Assembly (NCBI RefSeq): GCF_964204645.1
Contig: NC_134027.1
Coordinates: 9,208,485 to 9,272,484 of the forward strand
Direction of reading: 5' to 3'
DNA length: 64,000 nucleotides
From: Tubulanus polymorphus
Taxonomy: Eukaryota; Animalia; Nemertea
Under the pieces are notes generated by a model. That model was given only the letters and a program-made list of their open reading frames with translations, was not told where the DNA came from and searched no databases. A program made the position numbers and the translations under genes. Numbering within the stretch: position 1 is the first letter of the stretch; every line of letters begins with the position of its first letter. Below are positions 56,691 to 64,000 of the stretch, in pieces.

Positions 56691-57926
56691 TCAATAGTGC
56701 AAACATTCCGTGAAGAAATATCTGATTTTAGCCCATGATTGCTCTTGAGCTTTTGAATGAAGCTTTCGTTCGCCACCAAAGTCCACGCCAGAAACGTATC
56801 TACAGAACGGGGCAAATGGTGGTTCTAAAAGGTGCCCAGCGCCCGGATATACTACCAGTTCACAGCGACGTAGTTCTTTTTCATCACTCGATTCAAATCG
56901 GGTTAACATTCTTTGTGACGCTATCGGATTTGCCCATCGGTCGAAAGCCCCGGCGAGAAGCAAGAATCTTGCTTGCGTCGACTTCTCGAAATGGAAGTCG
57001 CAAATATCATTCGACCGGATGATTTCATCGATGGTTAGTATTTTTTCACGATATTTTTGGACAGGAAACGACTTGTGGATTTCGCCCTTGTATTTAATTT
57101 CAACTTCCGTATTGTGGTCGAAACCATTTATCGCGACGACTGCCGTTACTTTTGGAACATGTGACGGTAGTAACAGCGCTATGTCTGAACCTTTGGATAC
57201 GCTAATGACGCCGATACCACGTTCCGAGAACACCCCAGGTCTCGCGCAGAGCCAGTCAACACCCTCCTCGAAGTATTCCAAGTCTATATCGCCCCACGAG
57301 GGAAGATCCTTATAATTGAAGAAAGCCAGCGACAAGACCGTGAATCCACGAGACGCCAGCAGAGCTGAACGGTGTTCCATAAGTCCACCGCTCGATCCAA
57401 AGAAATCTAAAATACCAGGGAAGGGTCCTTCACCATTAGGCATATAGAAAGCACCGCGGAGTCTACCATCATTGACTTCTTGGCGAGAAACACCGGTGGC
57501 CATGTAATATCTTTTACATTTGCAACTTGCTATTTCTTCCCCATCTCTCTCATATGCAGAAGCTATATCCGAAAAATTGACATGACCCGAATGAATAGAA
57601 ATAACTAGGTCTAAAGGCTGCGTAACGTCCTTTTTCACGAACCGAAAGCCGTGTTTTTCCGGATCAGGATCACCTTTTATCGCCATTGACCATACAAGAC
57701 CCATTGGTTGAACACCGGTGTAACTGCCACCTACCGACGGCGCAGTTATGACGTCGACTTCTCCGTGCACATCTGCTATATAATAAGCCCGGGAATGCCA
57801 CACGCATCCATCATCATCGGCCATCGTTGCGTAAAATGTAACCAAAGCATATGCAGTTAAGTTGCTTCCTTTTATATGCAATATTTCATCGATGATACAA
57901 GACGTTGGATTAACTACCACTTCCAT
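56691..57926 (-). CDS. Acyl-CoA thioesterase / acyl-CoA:amino acid N-acyltransferase (ACOT/BAAT/ACNAT family), intronless, 411 aa
   Basis: Family motifs GGSYTGVQPMGLVWSM, GEGPFPGILDFFGSSGGLMEHRSALLASRGF, LEYFEEGVDWL; nucleophile elbow GVISVSKG; Asp in GAFDRW; His in YPGAGHLLEPPFAP. Confidence 0.95.
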   Translation of the reverse strand: MEVVVNPTSCIIDEILHIKGSNLTAYALVTFYATMADDDGCVWHSRAYYIADVHGEVDVITAPSVGGSYTGVQPMGLVWSMAIKGDPDPEKHGFRFVKKDVTQPLDLVISIHSGHVNFSDIASAYERDGEEIASCKCKRYYMATGVSRQEVNDGRLRGAFYMPNGEGPFPGILDFFGSSGGLMEHRSALLASRGFTVLSLAFFNYKDLPSWGDIDLEYFEEGVDWLCARPGVFSERGIGVISVSKGSDIALLLPSHVPKVTAVVAINGFDHNTEVEIKYKGEIHKSFPVQKYREKILTIDEIIRSNDICDFHFEKSTQARFLLLAGAFDRWANPIASQRMLTRFESSDEKELRRCELVVYPGAGHLLEPPFAPFCRYVSGVDFGGERKLHSKAQEQSWAKIRYFFTECLHY

Positions 57927-59107
57927 ATCGTATAGCCGTTTATACGGTTGTCACTTGTTTGGTTGGATGTTAGTCGGCCAACCTCCTAAGGTTAAACGTC
58001 AAAGATACGCAGCCGGTAATCTAGGAAGCAAGCAGTCTGAATATAAAAGGAACGATGATTAAACAAAAACAATCTGATCAAATAATTCCCACGCCAAACA
58101 TATCACATTATCAAATTATAATTACTGGTGTACTGTCAGCTTGATGAACATCATCAGTGTGCAGTTGACACTATATACGTATATCGATGAATGCTGCTGT
58201 TTCTCTGACCTGACCTGACGAATGCATATAAAATGCACGCATATGTATATTGGAGTATATAAAACAATACAACTGTTGTTAAGTACACATAATGAATGAA
58301 CGTTCTGTGCAAATTGTGGGAAAATGAATTACATGCGTCATTCAATAGAGGTTGCTCCATTTGGGAATAGTTATACAGACACATATTGCGGTGTGGAAAG
58401 AAAGTATCTTCCTTTAATTACCTACGGCAAAAGCAGAGAAGTTCTGAAACACAAACCTGGCTCAGATTTTGCAGAAATAACGATTGGCGTCCCAAAGACT
58501 GGCTACATACATAATTCTTGACTGCACCCGAAATCTCCGATTTTATCTATATGATTGAAGTAGGTACTCGCAAATCTTTATCGAACTGCACCTACTCGAT
58601 TTATTCGACTGTATTGTGAGTACTGGTAATCCTTTCACTGTGAAGTGTGATTGTTTCATGTGTAGTATACTGTACATTGATTCATACTATAGCATATCAT
58701 AACTTTTTCTAGAGCGAAATAACCTTATCTTATCTTTATATAATGTGTCAAAGCCGAATAGCAACTCTTATTAATCATTGAACGTATCTTATCTAGAAAA
58801 TGTGTTTCGTTTCTGTAATGACAAATCACTCAATCACTCGATCACACGATTATTCGAGATTGTCATTAAATATATTCGGATCATCATGTTTTTGATATTG
58901 TATAGTGCTATTCATTTGTGGCTTTTCTCTATTTTCCTTAATTTGTAGCAGCGTAACGCAGCCTTTGGGCTGGGTCTAAAGTTTTCCTGTCCGTTCGTCA
59001 AAAAACCTTATCGTTATCCTTGCGATTATCATTTCTTAAAAAGAAAAACCAATTATTTTTTTCGTTATTTGTTGTCTTGATTTGACATTATATGTTTCAA
59101 AGATAAT

Positions 59108-60513
59108 TCATCGGCAAGTTTTCTTCAGAACTGTAATCAGACCGGGCAACGAAAAACAATACTCGTCTATTTCGATGATGTCGTACGTGCACTTTCCTTC
59201 GCTTTGAATTTTCTCTAGAAATTCGTTGAAACCTTGAAACTGTTCCAAGTCTAGATAATTCTTCCTAAAACAGGCGAAAATGCACCCACCTAAAATTGAA
59301 ACGAAATCATTACGATGAAAAACCAAACTAATCTACCTTGTCCAGCAGCGAAAACAAAAGATGATAGTGTGGGTAGGTAATTGTCTGTGTTGTCAAAAAA
59401 CTACAGAGACCTATAATCTATTATCAACAAGTTATAATTTCCGAATCCATACCTTCTTTTACCATTCTTAGTATCTCCAAAAGCGCCTGATATGGTATGT
59501 GGCCCGGTACGATAGCTCCGCAGGTCACAGCGTGGTCATAAAAGCCTACAAGCAAAAACATAGATAATATCCTGAATTGCATAAAATTTCAATGTCAAGA
59601 TTTAATCCCTTGGGTTCATCTTTCTTTATTTATATAGAAATCTGTTTACCCGTTGGAATAGAGCATGGTTTTTCTACGGTAACGTATTCCGTATAACAGT
59701 TTTGATATAGTCCTCCTTTTAACTCGGCTTCTTTCAACAGCCCGGTGGAAGGTTCGATTGCATCGAACCGTCCCACGAATCCAGCTTTTCTCAACTGAAA
59801 TGAAACGTATATTTACGAGAAACTAGTACGGCTTGATCAATGATGAATAAGCTATGCCCAATTCAAGCAGGATCTTTTTCTTAATACTTTATATATTTTT
59901 AAACATTATATTTTTGTTCAAACCGAGTATACTCAACAATAGATCGCACTATACATTTACATCCAAAATATCGATAATGCTTTGCATTGTCATGTCCAAG
60001 ACATGTGTCGTCGATACTAACATTGACTTCAAAACACTTGAAAACTTTATCTCATAAAATCGGCATTTAGCCAGTCGTTACCTCTTCTGCAACGAGACCA
60101 GTACCGGCACCGACGTCGACTATCGAGCATTCTTTATTTTGAACGTACTTATCCACAACTTTCGCCAAATTCGTCGGCCCAGCGTACCACATCTGTTTAA
60201 CCTCCTGCCAGAAATAAAACAGTTTTCTTCCATTCGTGAGAATTACAGAAATTCAAGACTTAATACATGAAATAAGTGTCGTATTTTGAACATCCTAGAT
60301 CAACTGTTAGTGCTTTGATAAAAATATCTTTCTCAAAAATACAAAGAATACGAATACAATCTTTTTTCAAACCTTGTCGTAAGTTGTCCATTGGTTGTAG
60401 ATTTCCGTAATCGCTACAGGGTCGTCATTTTCGTGAAGTTGTTTCGTCATGAACTCGTACAAATTTGCGTCTTCACATCGTGGGGCTGCCATGGTGTCTG
60501 AATTGGAAGTCAT
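59108..60513 (-). CDS. METTL27: Methyltransferase-like 27 (WBSCR27-like) class I SAM methyltransferase, 5 coding exons, ~227 aa
   Basis: GT-AG exons on -: 60513-60373, 60204-60082, 59794-59650, 59545-59453, 59289-59108 (684 nt, in frame). Motifs IYNQWTTYDKEV..WYAGP, motif I IVDVGAGTGLVAEEL, DAIEPSTGLL, FYDHAVTCGAIVPGHIP..ALLEILRMVKEGG. The start could instead be the ATG at 60492. Confidence 0.88.
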
Positions 60514-61919
60514 GCCTAAATCTTTGTTTTCTGTGAAAGAAATTATGTTCACGAGGATACATACCAGGGCTGGTGTTCGTGACAGGCCTCCGAACGTTAG
60601 GGGTCGACGAGATGCGGACTAATATTTGTCGCCAGCCACACAGCTCACTAGCTCACAACTCGTCGGTCTTGTACTACGTATGTATACATGAATAATACAA
60701 GTGGAGAACTACTGCAGGAGATATGTAAATCGATGAGTTGTTTGCATATTGGGGACGAGTGGTTTTGAAATATCAAACCACCGGATATTTCAATATATTA
60801 ACGCTGCGAAATAGGTGGATTAAACTAAATCCGAGTGAACGTTTCGTTATATCCTTTTGTAGGCTACTGGCTGTTGACAGAGGACGTTGCGATGCGAAGT
60901 TGATCCGTCCGACTTTAGACGACGATCGAGTTTTTGAATGGCCATAGAAATTGGGTCGAACCTAAATAAGGAATAAGGATTTTTCCGTTTATAAAAGGCA
61001 CATGCCATCAGATTATTTTGCCCATGAATGTTTCTTCAACACAACCTTTATTAAAGAAACAAATTATGGTTATCTGAATTAACCAACGTTCTTGCCAAAG
61101 CAGATCGAGAGCTATTCCTCCTCGGCAGAGCGATGTTACCACACGGTTCGAATCCCACAATTGCTAAACCTCAATCCTCATTTGAGTTTGAACAAGTGAT
61201 TTAAAAACGCACAATCTCTGAGAAAATAACCCTGCCTATACCTGTTCACTTTTCAGCCGACAATCTGACTACATGTATACCTTAAATGGAGATGGAACAA
61301 TAAGTCTTACAATTTAGTTAATCGGTAAATTACAAGATATTTCCGGCTAATCTTGGTTGAATAAATATTCGAACCAATTTGAATCCCGGAAGATGTAATC
61401 ACTGTGATATCGTTCATTGAATAAACCCGTAGATTCATTGTTTAACTAACCATCTTTAATATACATGTGTATATCTTTATTTCACCGCCTGGTGTCAGGT
61501 GGTACATCCTCCATGAATCCAAAATTTGAACTATGCGTGCAAATGAAAATTACTAAAACTTCAAAATTCATTTTAGTATAAACAGCGTCATGCGGTACAA
61601 CTTTTATCAACAAACCATTTAACCAGAATCGCCCTACACATGTACACCCATACCCGCATTGCTTCATCTGGTAAAAACATATGGAAGAACAGAATTAGCT
61701 CATTGATGAAATAGTAATAACCTTGATAATGATAAAACTTCATTTGAAACGCTTTAATACCAATATTAAGTATTTGAAAGCACAGTAGTGAATTGATGGC
61801 ATAAATTGAATTACTGCATGTTGTTTCCTATAGGCATAATTGAGATTGAGTTAATGTAATATTGAATCATTGTCTTCAGCGATCGGAATCCAGCTTTGTG
61901 AAACCGATTACCGAAGATT

Positions 61920-62876
61920 TTATGTAATAGACTTGGGATTTCGACCACAATATCTTAAACGGAGAACGACGAAATTTCGAACTTCGTCCCCGGACAGCAG
62001 ATATATGTAAAAATTGATCGCGCTGTTCAGGCCATAAATGGCGCTGGTGATAGAGGAAATATCGTTCATCGTCTGCGGGCTGAAAGTTACGTACGGTAGC
62101 ATGAATACAAACACAGCGTTCGGCAACGTGCATACAGTAAACAGAACCGACACCATCAACACCATGAACGTCGCCTTTCTGGCCGAAGTTGATTTACCCG
62201 TTGACTGACCGAATCCTTTACTTCGGCGCAGAATGATAATCAACAAGACGTTCGAAATTAGAACTGAAACGATTGGAATATAGACAACCGTTACGGGTCC
62301 AACGTTGAAGTATACGTTATGCCAAAATTGAGTCATCACGCAACTATGCAGACGAGTATCGAATTCGGTAGCTATGAATATGTAAATAAACGGCACACCC
62401 CACAAAACTGACATTATCAGAATAACTTTTCTGGAAAACGCTGGAGTGGCCACCGTTCTAGCAGCAAACGGCCAAACCACTATCACAAATCGTTCCATCG
62501 TTAGAATGATGACCATCCACGAACTGGCGACGTCGTTCGTGGCGGATAAATATTCGTAGATCTTACATGAGAAACTGTTTTCGAAAGTCACCACAGTTTT
62601 CGGGTAGTAGGCGTAATTTATAAACGGGATCGAGTATACGATCAATGTAAAAGTATCAAAAACGGCCAGTGCGGCCAGGTACTGCGAATATGAGAATACG
62701 CGAAACTTTCGACTTGTCATCACAAGGAAACTAGCGATATTACCGAATATGCCAGGTATACAAATCACTGGTATGAAGACCATCTGAAATCGGCGAATGG
62801 CTCTACTGCTAAAGCGGGGTGTGTCGACCACAATTGATGCATAGTAAGTAACCACGTATTCAGTGGTATCGTTCAT
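61920..62876 (-). CDS. Class A (rhodopsin-like) GPCR, intronless, 318 aa; FMRFamide-receptor/srw-like orphan type
   Basis: Seven hydrophobic segments. TM1 GIFGN, TM2 YLAALAVFD, Cys at start of TM3 (SCKIY), ERF in place of DRY (LTMERFVIVVWP), ECL2 Cys, TM6 FTVCTLP, TM7 LNSAINFYIY. N-glycosylation sequon NDT at the N-terminus. Confidence 0.93.
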   Translation of the reverse strand: MNDTTEYVVTYYASIVVDTPRFSSRAIRRFQMVFIPVICIPGIFGNIASFLVMTSRKFRVFSYSQYLAALAVFDTFTLIVYSIPFINYAYYPKTVVTFENSFSCKIYEYLSATNDVASSWMVIILTMERFVIVVWPFAARTVATPAFSRKVILIMSVLWGVPFIYIFIATEFDTRLHSCVMTQFWHNVYFNVGPVTVVYIPIVSVLISNVLLIIILRRSKGFGQSTGKSTSARKATFMVLMVSVLFTVCTLPNAVFVFMLPYVTFSPQTMNDISSITSAIYGLNSAINFYIYLLSGDEVRNFVVLRLRYCGRNPKSIT

Positions 62877-63946
62877 CTCATCAAGACGTCTTCAATGTTG
62901 TCCAAAACCGCGCAGGAAACCCATGAAAACGTGCGAACTTGGTGATAGATCTCGTCGACCAGTCGCACTCAATTCAAACGCAAACTGTCCGGTGTTCGGT
63001 GTCAATTTTCGGAAGGCAATTCGATCAGTGTCGTTAAAATCTGAGCGGCAATTAGTAACTAGATATCGATGGGTGTAACTGAAAATGTTAATTTAGTCGA
63101 GATATTTTTTCGCAAAGATTGACATTTGACCTCAGTACATGGCATATACGTGGTATTTACTCTGAAACTCAGGCTTGGCATATATAGTCTTCATACATTA
63201 CTCATCACAGTTGTGCAAGCTGTTCAAAAGTTCTACAAATAATACATGTATTCATTGATTAATGGGCATATATTTGATGCAATCGAAAGTAAACATAATT
63301 TCGTATCTTTTTTACTAGGACCATAAATATCTAAAATAAATCTAGTCTTATCACATAATGTTCAGCATTATTTCCTTGTTTGAATGAACCGGAACCGAAA
63401 TTTTCCAATTATATTCTCCGTTTAAAAAAAAATCCGTCATCTCGACCACCGATCACACAACCATATCTGTACTTCGATTTCCGATTTCAAAATCAAACCC
63501 CCTTGTTCGATCCAGGCAGGTGTGTTGGCAAGGGACGCCAAATCAAACGAAATCCTCTAATCGAATGAATAATGGTCTTTTGAGATAAAAATGAGTACGT
63601 TTTCTCCTTGCTTTGAAATCGTGTGATGTTTGATGAAATTCTCCTTGACCTAATTTCAGACTAAGCGTACAGTCGTGTTTAGTACCGATGTACCGCCTCC
63701 GCCAGTCGCATTGACCGCCAATATCATGGAAACGTCTGTATTCTCAATAGATTCGTAGATCCTGATAAATCGCTTTCAGCATATCACCAACGCTATGTGT
63801 TCCTGTATTATGTAGTCAAATGCATTTGTAAAATGCATCAATACAGCATTTTTAAATAAAAAGTAAAAAAGAAAAAAACAAGTATTTTTCGTTATTTTCT
63901 GTCTTTATTCGGTATAAATATATATAATACTTTTTAAGATAACTCA

Positions 63947-64000
63947 TTAACAAGTTTTCTTTAGAACTATAATCAGACCGGGCAACGAAAAACAATATTC
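63947..64000 (-). CDS. Last exon (partial) of a second METTL27-like paralogue, continuing beyond the window
   Basis: Reads EYCFSLPGLIIVLKKTC* versus EYCFSLPGLITVLKKTCR* at 59108-59164. Nucleotide sequence is nearly identical, and 3' UTR similarity continues (63870-63945 vs 59041-59107). Confidence 0.8.
   Translation of the reverse strand, partial: EYCFSLPGLIIVLKKTC

Noticed and set aside
61110-61170. tRNA-like GGTTCGAATCCC B box at 61145
   Set aside because: No cloverleaf or clear A box; at best a decayed SINE.
61482-61667. 61-aa ORF with acceptor and AATAAA
   Set aside because: No protein similarity recognised; more likely a UTR exon or chance.

Overview
AT-rich eukaryotic (invertebrate animal, probably marine) genomic DNA with GT-AG introns. 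It is not prokaryotic, and most ORF-track entries are spurious. About 1-51 kb has no recognisable coding exon and is dense in non-autonomous DNA transposons, L2/CR1 3' ends, two Penelope-like insertions and microsatellites. Several of the transposons have TAY..RTA ends and 6-bp TSDs (IS3EU-like), including a nested pair. The last 13 kb is gene-dense. On + is a 10-exon gene, assembled by hand, for a secreted ~539-aa protein: signal peptide, PAN/apple domain and three tandem CTHRC1-C-terminal-like domains, with no collagen repeat. On - are an intronless ACOT/BAAT/ACNAT-family acyltransferase with an SxSxG elbow, a METTL27-like methyltransferase with 5 coding exons, an intronless class A GPCR, and the last exon of a second METTL27 paralogue cut by the window end. 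All calls come from reading the sequence; no searches were run.
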